Shown in pieces: positions 23,085 through 36,279 of a stretch of DNA of 64,000 nucleotides; position 1 is the first letter of the stretch, and every line of letters begins with the position of its first letter. Under the pieces are notes generated by a model that saw nothing but the letters and a program-made list of their open reading frames with translations, did not search any database and was not told the origin of the DNA. Made by a program: the position numbers and the translations under genes. Source of the DNA: Paraspadella gotoi (lineage: Eukaryota > Animalia > Chaetognatha); the NCBI GenBank assembly GCA_051294375.1, contig JBJCIZ010000028.1, positions 329,108 through 393,107 of the forward strand, read 5' to 3'.

Positions 23085-25200
23085 TTCATTAAAAATTATT
23101 TTCAAATCCTCATCCCTCATTAAGTGGGTCATAACAAGTTAACTTATAACAGTTTAATAACGAAGGAAAAATTACCATGTATACAAAGCTAGAAGATTTT
23201 TTGTCGGTAATCTGCCTTATAAGCAGATCCCGACTCTATAATTCACTTTGTCGGTCCGTCGGTCCGCCCCCTCAATCTTGTCGGGCATTCACATTATATC
23301 ATATCAGAATATTGAATATTATAAATTATGTGCAAAAAAAAACGGTGAGTAAAATATTTAGCAATTTTATGAAAATTACTTATATTTTGGAATCATTTAA
23401 ATATTAATTTATATAAACATATTTTTATTTTTTTATGATGAAAAACGGGTTTAATTCTTCGTTTTAGCTATATTTTAATTAACAAAAATGAACTTCACAG
23501 CTTCTTTGCATATCGAATTTGCCATTTTCAATTTTTTCATCTAATTGTAAGAATCTCAATTTACGGTATCTTAATCATTTTTCTCGCATCCCTAAGAGGA
23601 TTTTCTATTAAAATAACAAAAACTTTTTAAAATCTACCCAAAAATGTTCATAAAATTAAAAAAATTTTTTCTTCGGTAAAACTAGATTTTCAAGAGAAAA
23701 AATTTTTTAAAGTGTAAGCGTAAATTTCTACAACCCAAATTTTTAACTTAAAACTGATTTTTTTTACAGTAAGTCAATTTCTACTTCTTATGTTTAATTC
23801 TTTTTTGTTGCAAGTACGTACTTGGAGCTGTAGCACTAATAAGTCTAAAAATAAACTACTCTACACATTTTCACAGAAGGGTTTATGCTTTTATTGAGTT
23901 TTATGAGTTAAAAAAACTTATCGATTATTTCAATTTGACTTTTTAGTTTATTTAAGTTTATATCATTTAAAAGAGTTGCCCCCTATTTTCTCGGAATCTC
24001 TGAAAAAAAATTCAAATCAAATTAAAAACAGTAAGCATTTTTTAAGACTTCGGAGTTGAACAAATTCATCATTCACATCCCGTCTTGTGTATGTTTTGGT
24101 GATCTTGCCAAAGTATGAGTAAAGAATTTATCTCTCTCTTTCATTAAAATATTTTTCAAATCCTCATCCCTCATTAAGTGCGTCATAACAAGTTATAACT
24201 TATAACAAGTTATAATAACGAAGGAAAATACCATTATACAAAGTAGAAGATTTTTTTGTCGGATCTGCTTATAAGCAGATCCCGACTCATAATTCACTTT
24301 GTCGGTCCGTCGGTCCGCCCCCTCAATCTTGTCGGGCATTCACATATATCATATCAGAATATCGAATTATTATAAATTATGCAAAAAAAACGTGAGTAAT
24401 AATATTTAGCAATTTTTATGAAAATACTTATATTTTAGAATCATTAAATATTTAATTTATATAAACATATTTTTTTATATTTTTATGGATGAAAACGGGT
24501 TTAAATTCTTCGTTTTAGCTATATTTAATTAACAAAAATGAACTTCACCAGCTTTCTTTGATATCGAATTTTGCCATTTTTTTTTCAATTTTTCAATCTA
24601 AAATTGTAGAAATCTCAATTTACGGTATCTTAATCATTTTCTCGCATCCCGTAAGAGGATTTCTTCTATTAAAATAACAAAAACTTTTTAAAATCTACCC
24701 AAAAATGTTCATAAAATTAAAAAAATTTTTTCTTCGGTAAAACTAGATTTTCAAGAGAAAAAATTTTTTAAAGTGTAAGCGTAAATTTCTACAACCCAAA
24801 TTTTTAACTTAAAACTGATTTTTTTTACAGTAAGTCAATTTCTACTTCTTATGTTTAATTCTTTTTTGTTGCAAGTACGTACTTGGAGCTGTAGCACTAA
24901 TAAGTCTAAAAATAAACTACTCTACACATTTTCACAGAAGGGTTTATGCTTTTATTGAGTTTTATGAGTTAAAAAAACTTATCGATTATTTCAATTTGAC
25001 TTTTTAGTTTATTTAAGTTTATATCATTTAAAAGAGTTGCCCCCTATTTTCTCGGAATCTCTGAAAAAAAATTCAAATCAAATTAAAAACAGTAAGCATT
25101 TTTTAAGACTTCGGAGTTGAACAAATTCATCATTCACATCCCGTCTTGTGTATGTTTTGGTGATCTTGCCAAAGTATGAGTAAAGAATTTATCTCTCTCT
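23085..25200. repeat. ~1.07-kb direct duplication next to an N gap
   Basis: 23085-24140 is repeated at 24141-25200; the distal halves appear identical. Confidence 0.9.
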
Positions 25201-25724
25201 NNNNNNNNNNNNNNNNNNNNNNNNNNNNNNNNNNNNNNNNNNNNNNNNNNNNNNNNNNNNNNNNNNNNNNNNNNNNNNNNNNNNNNNNNNNNNNNNNNNN
25301 NNNNNNNNNNNNNNNNNNNNNNNNNNNNNNNNNNNNNNNNNNNNNNNNNNNNNNNNNNNNNNNNNNNNNNNNNNNNNNNNNNNNNNNNNNNNNNNNNNNN
25401 NNNNNNNNNNNNNNNNNNNNNNNNNNNNNNNNNNNNNNNNNNNNNNNNNNNNNNNNNNNNNNNNNNNNNNNNNNNNNNNNNNNNNNNNNNNNNNNNNNNN
25501 NNNNNNNNNNNNNNNNNNNNNNNNNNNNNNNNNNNNNNNNNNNNNNNNNNNNNNNNNNNNNNNNNNNNNNNNNNNNNNNNNNNNNNNNNNNNNNNNNNNN
25601 NNNNNNNNNNNNNTAATTATAATTTGAATTGAGTGATCCCGGACCTTAAACGGAAAAATTATATATAATAATAATATATAATAATAATAATATAATTTAT
25701 ATTATATATTATATATTATAATTA

Positions 25725-25756
<32 letters not shown>

Positions 25757-26008
25757 TAATTTTTATATTGGTTGTACCAATTTCATATATTAATAATCAA
25801 TAATATTCAATTAGAATTTTATAAATATGGCCACCCGCTGGCATGAATTAATGATGGCCAGGAAATCTGGGGTTCAAGACGACAATGCCATCGAAACTTG
25901 ATTTCCAGCTTAATCACACACTTTCCTACCCACATAAAAAATTTCAAGTCAATTGCTCCATCCACTCATGAGTAATTGGCGTTCAAATATTGAAATATAT
26001 TTTTTGTT

Positions 26009-26069
26009 TAGCTCAGTCGGTAGAGCACAGGACTTGTGGTCGTGGGTTCGAGCCCCACATTGGGCGCCA
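26009..26069 (+). pseudogene. tRNA-Lys(CTT)-derived sequence with CCA and a damaged anticodon arm
   Basis: tagctcagtcggtagagca...ggtcgtgggttcgagccccacattgggcg+cca has the A box, B box and 3' end of tRNA-Lys. The 5' acceptor strand is missing. Confidence 0.8.
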
Positions 26070-26258
26070 CTCTGAAAAGGTATCCTAACCGAAAGTAGTC
26101 ACGAGAATGCGGGAAAATAATATATTGACGTCAGGAAAATCTATACGGCGACAAAATCATGAGGGTAAAAAAAGGGGAGAAACTAGTAGGAGAAGAGAGA
26201 GAAGGTGAACTGAATCTCGTGAGGTGAATGAGAAGGTCTATCTCCTTTTTATACTGCT
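26070..26258 (-). mobile_element. LTR-like fragment (TATA box ... CA end) abutting a tRNA-Lys primer-binding site
   Basis: Minus strand: TATAAAAAGGAG near 26253, ending ...CCTTTTCA-GAG-TGGCGCCCAATGTGGGGC. The whole 26009-26258 block interrupts the DINE-like consensus. Confidence 0.5.
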
Positions 26259-27374
26259 ATTTAAACTCATTTCCACTCGCACGATTCCATCGAAACTTCA
26301 GATCCAGCTCAATTACACACTTCCCTACCCACAAACAAAATTTCATCTCAATCCATCCATCCCATCACGAATAATTAGAGTTTTTTGCTAAGCTGGGACG
26401 GACGGACGGACGGACAACATTTTTTTGCCTAATTTATCATAATTCGATGTTCTGACATGATATAAGTGAATACCCGACAAGATTAAGGGGTGAATTATAG
26501 AGTCGGGATCTGCTGATAAAAATTATAATCGTTGTAATTTGTACATTAAGGCGTAGTGAAAGTTGCGGATAAAAATTCATGAACAGTTTTGTACTAAAGA
26601 ACATTGATTTTTAAACAATTTTTTTTAAATCTCTTAATTTTTGCATACGCCCATATTTATACATAGTACTTACCATAGAAAATGTCTAAATTTTAAAATA
26701 GTTTTTTTTTATTTTGAAAGCCAATTCGAATTCCTCATAAAAGTTGATAAAAGAAAATATAAGTCTTAATCAAAAATTCTCTCATTAAGTTAGCTAAAAA
26801 TTAAAAAAACTAAATTTTTTTTTACTAGAAATCAAATTATAGAGTTAACTATAACAGTTTATTTTAAGATTTTGACCCATCTAAATGAATAATTTCTAAT
26901 AAATGAGTTATATTTCCTTTTATCAACGTTTTCGTAAAAATAGTTCATAATAATTTTATTTTTATTTTAGAGAATATTCACAGGTACAAGCCAGTTCATT
27001 GAATCTACTATTCGAATTATTGATGCAAACTTAGATATTAATATTTTTGCTACGCTTTATTATACATCAATCAAAAACAACGAAAAGAAAAGCAATTATC
27101 CAAATCATTATAAATATATAAACAAGTTTGAGCAACCAATGTCGGATCCGCCTAGGCGCCTATGATAATTTAGTGATAAGCACATATACAGTTGTTAAGT
27201 TATGATGAGTCTTTTAAGTCATCACATATTACAACTGATCATAACATAAAACCAAAAATTCCTAGTATAGTGATCTTGCCAGAAACAAGTTTGAGCAAAC
27301 AATGTCGAATCTGCCTACAATAATTAAGTGGTAATCTGCTAATCAGATGATTAATCACAATATTTTTTTAAATT

Positions 27375-27722
27375 TTTTTGAACTCGCATAATTTTTTCAA
27401 CTCGCATAATTTTTTCCACGCACATAATTTTTCAACTCATCATTTTTTCAATTTACATTATTTTTACAATTCACATCGTTTTTTCAACTCGCATCATTTT
27501 TTCCACGCACATAACTTTTTCAGCTCATCATTTTTTCAATTTACATCATTTTTACAATTCGCATCATTTTTTTTAACTTGCATCATTTTTTCAACTTGCA
27601 TCATTTTTTCAACTTGCATCATTTTTTCAACTTGCATAATTTCTTCAACTTGCATATTTTTTTCAACTTGCATAATTTTTTCAACTTGCATAATTTTTTT
27701 AAATTGTATTATTTTTTCAAAT
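27375..27722. repeat. 21-bp minisatellite (inverted related array at 29745-29900)
   Basis: ttttttcaacttgcatcat-type units. Confidence 0.9.
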
Positions 27723-27782
27723 TAATTAATTAATTAATTAATTAAAACATTTATTAGTAATCATAAATAAAAGATTCAAGTA

Positions 27783-28768
27783 CCATCTTGGAAAATGAAT
27801 AAGTCGCCAAACTTCTTGATCATTTTTAAACACCTTCCTAACATAATCGAAAGAAAAAAATTATATTTCCAGAAAGCTTGGCGATTTCTGATCAAATGGA
27901 GCCGGTTTATGTTAGATTATGATTAAAATTGCCGTCAGGGCAGAGGAAAGAAAAGAAGGAGATCGAAAAAAATTTGCTTTCTTTGGCGTATTTTAGATTT
28001 TAATAATTTTTTTCCTTCTTTTTTTTTATTTTACACTGTATTTTTTTATTATGCCTCAATGTTGGCATTTTACAAGTGATCAACCTGCATCTATAATTGA
28101 ATTGCACAAAGTGGGTATCAAGAATACTTCCATATCTAAGCAGCTAAGAGTGAATCTTCGAAGTGTGCAGCGGCGTCGGCGAAGCATTGCATCCTAATTG
28201 CATATTGCAGACGGTTAAGCAGCAACCGAAGGTCATGGTGTTCGGTGCAATCTCTTCCCGTGCCAAGTCAAAGTTAATCTTCATTTCGGGACACATTGAT
28301 GGCGCAAAATACAGAGAAATTCTGGAGGAAGCGAAGATAAAAGAATTCGTCCGAGGTGGAGTTTTTATGGAAGACAATGCCCCTCCGCATCGAGCCAAGA
28401 AGAAAAAAGAGTGGCATTGCCGAAATGGGGTTAAACTTCTACCTGACTGACCTGGGAACTCTTCGGATTTCAATCCGATCAAAAATGTGTGGTCAGAGAT
28501 GAAAAATCTTCGACTGGTAGATAACGAACGTCCACACATCTCTGCAAGCCATGAAACGACTTATCAAAAAGTTTGGGATAACTCCTCCTTGGAATACCTG
28601 CATTGCTCTATGAGTCAATGCACGAACAGAATAAATGAAGGTTGTGAAGAGCGAAGGGAGTTCACACTACATAATTGGATACCCATTTTATCTGTTATAT
28701 TTAAATTTTTAATATACAATTAACTTCAATTTTAAAATTTGGCGACTTATTCATGTTTCCAAGCTTGG
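27783..28768 (+). mobile_element. Internally deleted Tc1/mariner DNA transposon with transposase remnant
   Basis: TIRs ccatcttggaaaatgaataagtcgccaaa / tttggcgacttattcatgtttccaagcttgg with TA on both sides. Peptide VMVFGAIS...FMEDNAPPH...*PGNSSDFNPIKNVW (28200-28510) matches the Tc1 DDE domain. Confidence 0.92.
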
Positions 28769-30461
28769 TAAATGTGACTTATGTTTTTTCATGTTAACTC
28801 TCGTATTTTCACTGGAACAATTCGTCAAAACTTTTATATCTAGCTTCTTCACACACTTTTCCTTTTCAATCTATTACATTCAATTATGATTAATTTGGGA
28901 GTAATTATGGGTTATAAGTAACCATTGCAGGACTAACAAGATCGTGATGAAAGCAAAAAGATTCAAGTTTAAATGTGACTCATTTTTTTTAATTTAAACG
29001 CATTTTAAAACTCGTACGTTTCCACTGAAACTTTGTATCAAGCTTAAAATAAGTAAAAATATTTTAGTAAATGCAACTTATGTTCTTTCCATTTAAACTC
29101 ATTTCCACTCGCACGATTCCATCAAAACTTGATTTCCAGCTCAATCACACACTTTCCTACCCAAATACAAAATTTCAAGTCAATCGCCCCATCCACTCTT
29201 GAGTAATTGGTGTTCAAATAGTGAAATTTATTTTTTTATTTTTTCCATTTAAACTCATTTCCACTCGGACGATTCCATCGAAACTTCATATACAGCTCAA
29301 TCACACACTTCCCTACAAATACACAAAATTTCATTCCAATCCATCCATCCAATCACAAGTAATTGGTGTTTTTTGCTAAGGTGGGACGGACGGACGGACA
29401 GACGGACATCATTTTTTTTTGCTTAATTTATCATAATTTGATGTTCTGACAGGATAAAAGTTAGTGCCCGACAATATGGAGGGGGCGGACCGATGGACCG
29501 ACAAAGTGAATTATAGAGTCGGGATCTGCTGATAAGCTGATCCGACTAAAAATTATGATCATCGCAGAGGAATTGAACCTAAAAGTAGGAATCTGATCAG
29601 CGACGCGAGAAGAAATTACAAGAATCTCTCGAGTTACGGATCCGATTCCATTGTATAAATAGCTCTTGTTTTTCCATGTCGATTCATTTTTTCTCTGAAA
29701 ATTGTCTCCGTTTTCACTGTCTGTTTTCGAGTAAATAAATCCACAAGTTAAAAAAATGATGCAAGTTGAAAAAATTATATAAGTTAAAAAAATGATAAAC
29801 GCTAAAAAAATGATAAAAGCTAAAAAAATAATGCAAGCTAAAAAATTGATACAAGCTGAAAAATAATACAAGTTGAAAAAATGAAAAAATGATGCAACTT
29901 TAAAAAAATATTATTATTGCCGCAGTAACAGTTCAGTTTAAGCCTTTGAAAGCAATTGTATTGGCGCAGCCACTGGTTCAATTTTAACTCATTTCATTGA
30001 ACAGAGGTTGGGCAGATTAAATTTTATGTTAGAGCTATTAATATTGATAATATTTTAATTAATTTTTTTTTAAAGTACTGGAGGTTAAAGAAAAATTAAA
30101 TTTAAAAACATTGAAAGCCATTTTCAAAGCCAACTTTCTCCACTCATTATCATGATCAATATGAAATTTATACACATAAATGACTTTGGTATTTTTTATT
30201 AAACCTTCAAAATCTATAAAATAAGCTCTGGTTTGCAAATGGCAGCATTTTTCTCGCGGCTGGTTTAAAACTGTCACCCTGTATCGGTCGCTGACTTGGC
30301 TTTGACATTTTCCTTTACCAATTGACCTTTCTCGGTTCCATGATTCTCTCTCGTCAATCAATCAATAGCGACAACCATATTTATTCCTTACTTTCTAAAA
30401 CCACGCTTCAGTCACATCCGAATCAAGACTCCAGAATTCAACTTTGAATACCAAACGCAAG

Positions 30462-32701
30462 ATGAAGGCATTGAGAAAATTTGGAGTTGTCGTCACGACG
30501 CTTCTCGCTGTCGCCGATTTGACGACAGATTTGAAAACCATCGCCGATCATCTCTCTATCAACGAGCCCTTCTTTACTTCATTGGGCCTCTTATTTTTAG
30601 CAGTGTTCTTATCGCATTGCTTGATTTCAATGGTCTACAGTTTGGGGATCATTATGAAGCACCAAGAACATTTCGTCAACTTATGGAGTACTCCCTTGCG
30701 AAGAGCGTTGACCTTTCTCTTTCACCTTGTGGGATTGTCCATCGTTCCTGTCTCCTTTGATTTTTATCTCACTAGAAATTCCCCAAATTTACTAGTTTTG
30801 GAATTTAAAGAAAATCATGTTTTTAATTTAAATTTGATACAAGCTTTTCTCGAGTCATTTTTGCAATTGGTTCTTCAAATGGCATCAACAATTTTTATGA
30901 TGATCAAGATAAACAATGAACTGTGTCTGCCCAACTTGGAATCGCTAACAATAATAACTTTTGGGTTTAGGTTTAATCTGAGGGGATTAGTATTTAGTTA
31001 TCAAAAAACAAATGACAGCCTTGAAAATACTAATACAAGTGTTTTTGCGAGAGGGGCCTCACTTATGGTCGGTATTACGTTTGCAGATGGAAGATGACAA
31101 ATTATGGTCCTCTTGTCTCTATGGCCTTATCTAGTATGTCATTGGTCGGAATACTTGTCAAAGTGCGAGGCTCTAAAAAATTGATTTTTACAGAGAAAAG
31201 ACAACTAAGAGTGGTAAGCGCTTTTTTGGGAGCGTGCAAAGTACTTTGGGCCTTGGACTTGGCCTATACATGATTTTTTTAAACACCTTGCATTATTCTT
31301 TCACCTTTTTGATATTTGTTCCTTTTTTACTTTTACGAATTTTCACCCCATCGGAACTCGCGTACTTTGCCAAATTGATGTGGATTAACTACCGTTTTTT
31401 CGACAATCCATCGCGAATAAATATGGATGAAGATTCTTTTCAAAGAATTTGCGCTGTGTTTTTTAATTTGTTTATATTTTCACTTGGCTTGAATTACTGT
31501 CGCCTTGAAAATGTAATTCATACTCTTAAACTCACTTCGAATAATTGGTTATTTGTTAATGCCAATAGTAAATGGCATTCTGGTTTTCAGCTAATTTTAA
31601 CGGGTGGTTTACATGTAAATGCTATTGCATTCGGCAGTCAAACACAACAATTTGAAAGAAGTGTGAAGAATTATTATAGTTCTTTATTTCCAACACAACC
31701 AGTACATTGGAAGTCTATCCATTTTTGGTTTTATCACGGCAACAATACTTTATTTTTTTCTCTAAGATATAAACTCATACGTATTTTACTTTCAATTGAG
31801 GCGTTCTTTCATGTGATGGATACACTTATAATTTTAATTCCTAAAAGAATGGTTACGAAATATTTTTTAGCCTTGGAGTCCGTGTTTTTCTTTTTGGTTT
31901 ATATGTTTATTAAAACGCCTTCAAGGGAAAACAAAATAGATCACCCTCCTCCCCTTTAGTAGTTTGTAATTTTTTTCCATTAGCAGTTGTTTTTTCTATT
32001 TTATTGCTACTAAAAAAAATATTATCTTGCGCGAAAAGCAAAATGGTGTACTGGACGCTAATATTTTTGTCAATTATTTTTTCACTGTGCGTTCCATTTT
32101 TCTTCTTCTTGACAATCCAATACAGTTTCAACGTTGAAAGATATAAAAATATATTTGGCATTTGCTTAATGAATGGCTCCTACTTGGGGCCAGTCGCTCC
32201 ATTTACTAAACAAGAAATTATCACGAGGTTTTACTTAACATATGTTTTCCACGAAAACTATTTTTTCCTCCTTTGTCTTTCGTTTTTTCCTTTATTTAAC
32301 TCGCTCTTTGCTATCTCATTCAAAAAACGGAATAATGAGTTTTTAAAAGGTGGATTTTTATTCTGATGTTTTCATTGTTTTACACTTGTCTCTACATTTT
32401 ATCAAACTCTAATGGAAAAAGGGTTAGCGGTCGTGATGGAGAGGATATGAGAGAAGAGAGAGAAAGTTTCATCTTCTCTATGAATAGTGATTTGATGAGT
32501 TTTTGGGTGTGTTGTTCAACAACTACATTTGACTACATATCAATGCTTAATTGTTCATCTCTCCCAGGCAAATTGAATTATTCTGTTCCATATTTATACA
32601 ATTTTAGAAGCCAGAATGTTCAAAAAGTCACTGATTTTGCAAACTTACCTTGTATGATATTTTTAATTTTGCCGGCTCTCATTATTCTTTTACACTATTA
32701 A
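30462..32701 (+). CDS. Intronless XK-related (Xkr-like) multi-pass membrane protein with a long C-terminal TM extension, ~745 aa after frameshift correction
   Basis: ADLTTDL..DHL...FF.LGLLFL, FLFHLVGL and LIQAFLESFLQLVLQ resemble XK-family motifs (D.GTD..., LHLLQLG, FLESAPQLVLQ). ORFs 30444-31097, 31234-31959, 32004-32366 and 32366-32701 follow one another without intron signals. Confidence 0.75.
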
Positions 32702-34042
32702 ACACATTAAATAATTTTGCAAGATAATTGGAATGTTGTAAAAATTTTGTCGCTTAGACACTAGCTCCTGATAGTATGTAACGATTCTCATTGGCCTATA
32801 AAAACTAGGGATTTGTAGATATTCATTGTTGTTTATATTTAAGGTCAAACAAAATACAAATACAATATAATAATGTGAAACATTTCTACGGAGCCACGGC
32901 AAAGACTAAAACTTTCAAAGCGAGGAGAAACGAGGTACAATTTGTTTATATTTTACAAAGACTGAAGAGTGGTCATTCTAAAATACTGGGCCGAGATTTC
33001 TTTGGGTTGCACCAGAGTTTCTGACAATTTCATTTAAAATATTTTTCAAATCCTCATCCCTCATTAAGTCGGTCATAACAAGTTATAACAACGAAGGAAA
33101 ATACCATTATACAAAGTAGAAGAGTTTTTGTCGGATCTGCTTATAAGCAGATCCCGACTCTATAATTCAATTTGTCGGTCCATCGGTTATTAAAGATCAG
33201 AGTTGTTTGGCTTAATCTCAACTGGTAATTGAAAGGTAAGACTTTGTCATCGTCTTCTTCTGTCATTATCTAAAATGTGCTTAAATGTATCCTTTTGAAT
33301 TCTGATTGGAGGCTATCCTTATCAAGGGATATGATTACAAAAAAAGTTTATTAAACCTAATAATAAATCTAATAATACAAAACTTAAAAGCAATCCTAAA
33401 ACATTATAGAGCCAGGACCAGGCGAAGCCTGTTCTGGCTCGATAATAAATTAATTGTTCATTGGGTGAACAAATTCGGCCATCAAGGGAGTGGGCTGGAT
33501 GGATTGATGTATGCCACTTTATCAAGTCTTGAATGTGTAGGGGCAGCTGTACAAAGAGAATTGCACAAAGCACCAACGGTTGGCCAACACAGAGATCCGG
33601 GATGGGGAAATTAGGGAAGCTGGTGGTATATATAGTATATAGTACTACTATATATACACAATACTATTGGTACACAATATTGGTGGCCGGGACTAGGGCA
33701 GACTGCAGACCACCAGAGAGTCAAAATTTGGTAATTAATGTCACTATGTTGTCGGGAATGGACATCAAAGAGGCAGAAGACAATTGAATGTAAAGATAAT
33801 ATTTATGTTTTAGTTGCTACACTTTCTTACTGACTTTAAAAATGGCGACGATCGAAGTTTCAAAAGTTGTTTGTTTATTGTAATAAAAATGTGTGACGAG
33901 TTTAAAAGGGTTCAATTTTTTTGTAAACAAATAAGGATAAAACGTAAAAATATGGTTAATAATATAAACTAACGGTCTTAAAATCGTTCGACGTCGGAGG
34001 CCACTGGCACTGACTCGTAAACAAGTTTAAGTATTTTTAATC

Positions 34043-34566
34043 TCATGTTTCGCTTTCATGTCGTTTTCCCATTGTCTTATCTTTCTTTTGGTCTTTGTTG
34101 GCATTTTTAGGATTTTGACTTTTTGACATTGCCAGAGAACAAAATTCCTCTTGTCCCCATGAAATTTTATTAAGTTCGGATTGAGAGGGAATTTGTTCAA
34201 CGATCATAGAGTTATTTTCAGCGTCGGAATTATTCATTAAATCATTTGCTTCTTTAATATTTTCCATCTTTGCGATAAATTAACTATTGGCCGATGAAAA
34301 ATCGTTTCAATGGCTGAAAAAAAATGAATTAATTAATCAATTAATGAAATTGATTGAAAAAATAATAAGTAAATCGCCGGGTTTTTAAAAATAATTTTTA
34401 TTGTTTCTTGTGAAGTTTTTTTCTGTGACTTGAATTTTTTTTCATGAAAGCTAAGATGTGAAGGGCGCGTTTTGGTTTTGGTCACTTGTGAGAAGTGAGA
34501 ACAATCTGGATCTGGAGCATCGTTTTCGTCGTCGTCTCCCTTGTGTTTCTTGTTGTTCGTCGTCAT
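34043..34566 (-). CDS. Possible exons of an unidentified gene (34485-34566 and ~34043-34315)
   Basis: tttcag|ATGACGACGAAC... followed by a GT donor, a second tttttcag acceptor and a 74-aa hydrophilic ORF. Phases do not reconcile without an indel. Confidence 0.25.
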
Positions 34567-35196
34567 CTGAAAGCAAGCGAGAGAGAGANNNNNNNNNNGA
34601 GAGAGAGAGCGCCTTTGCGCCGAATTGAAGTTTTCTTTTCACGTGATCGCATCTCCAGATCAAGTGACTACAGTAATAAGATAATTCTAACCAGAAACGT
34701 TTCTTGAGATATCATTTAGTTAACATGGGTTTACAATAGCATGAACTTTGACTTTCCGGTCACGTGATCAATGATCAATGATCAATCATCCGTGATCATG
34801 TTCTTAAATTAGTATGTAACAGACTGTATGAACAGATATTATTCAGTTTGTCATGAATTTAATTTGAATTTACTATCTGTTCATGTAATTTGCTTAGTAT
34901 CAACGGAACTGACTCAATTTTATCTGAGGTAAACATATTTAAAACGCACAGACAAAAAATTAGACCGACCTACTCACAAGCTTGGTTAGTTTATAACCAT
35001 TTCTGATTTGTTCATTCCCATTAGTATTTTTTTCACTTCATGGTGACTATTAGTTATATGTATGATTGTATATAATTAGATCTTGTTTATTAAAAATTGT
35101 ATTTAAACTTCAAATCATAAAAGGTATTTAAGACTCAAGGAAATTTTAGAAGAGTCAAATCCATGTTACAGTTTTGATTTACAGACCAGTTGATTA

Positions 35197-35856
35197 CAGA
35201 AGGCTTCATATTATAAAATGTGGTACCCCTTTTTTGTGACCAGAATCTGTTCCCACCAAAGTATTCGATCGAATTTTATGAAATTTTACATATACAGTCC
35301 TAATGATGATATAAATGGAACTATCGAGGCGAATTTTGATATTCAACCCCTGACAAGAGATACAGGGTCCTGGGGCTGGACCCCTGGGGGGGCCAAAAAT
35401 TGCTAAAAAAATGTTTTTAATATTTTAATATTTTTAGTAGCATCAGGTGCATTGACGTCTTAAACATGTAAAAAAAAACATTTTAGAACTAAAATTGATA
35501 TATTTTCAATAATTAAGCATTGTTTGAAGATGCATGGTTCATCGTTTTACTTCCAATTTTCCAAAATTATTCCCAATCTGACTTGAACAGCTGATGTTCA
35601 TGAAGATGAAAATTAAGGTAAACTAACATTTTTGAGGTAATAAATTTTTGACCATTTTTTGCCCCAATGGGTGACCCCCCAGATGGCCCATATCTCGGCT
35701 CAGGGGTCAATTATTGAAATTCGCCTCGATATTTCTATTTGTATTCACATAGGGATCGTTCATTCCAAATTTCAATAAATTTGGTCCAGTAATTTTCTCG
35801 GAACGTGTTCTGGTCACAAAAAAGGGGTACCACATTTTATAATATGAAGCCTTCTG
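35197..35856. mobile_element. Tc1/mariner-type MITE
   Basis: ~50-bp TIRs cagaaggcttcatattataaaatgtggtacccctttttgtgaccagaa, flanked by TA, no coding capacity. Confidence 0.9.
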
Positions 35857-36279
35857 TAATTTTTGCTGCATTTAATGCTAACTTAACAATGTATATAAAA
35901 ATAAGAGGAACCAAAAAGTTTTAAAAACAAGGTTTTACTATGTAAACGTTTTTATTTGATTACAACTGGAGAGAAACATACAAGCGCTTCTATGTCTGTG
36001 AAATATATACATCCAGAATAAACAATTTAAACGGTTTAGTGTTTAGAGATTTCGAGATTTTGTCATATTTCATCTGAAATGCGTTTAAAAAAGAAAATCA
36101 CTCTAGCGCAGCCGTTTTTGTTTTGTTTAAACGTATATCAAAAAGCAAATTTGTCAAAATTATCTTTGTTATGATTAGTATTTATTTATTCTGTCAGGGT
36201 TAAATTTTTTTTTGGGTTTGTTTATCTGATAAATTGACCTTGTATTCCCAGATTCAAATTTAAAATTAAGTTTGAAGTT

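Noticed and set aside
23085-25200. Biological tandem duplication
   Set aside because: Apparently identical copy abutting an N gap; most likely a gap-filling or overlap artefact.
26009-26069. Functional tRNA genes here and at 17201-17243
   Set aside because: Both lack the 5' acceptor strand and an intact anticodon arm and carry CCA; treated as retro-derived fragments.
28440-28460. TGA at a conserved Trp of the Tc1 transposase, suggesting a variant genetic code
   Set aside because: TGA is a true stop in the synaptotagmin, peptide and ZnF genes, and TGG encodes Trp elsewhere; this is decay of a dead element.
33306-33787. Overlapping 84-102 aa ORFs
   Set aside because: No recognisable motif or splice support; possibly a TE fragment.
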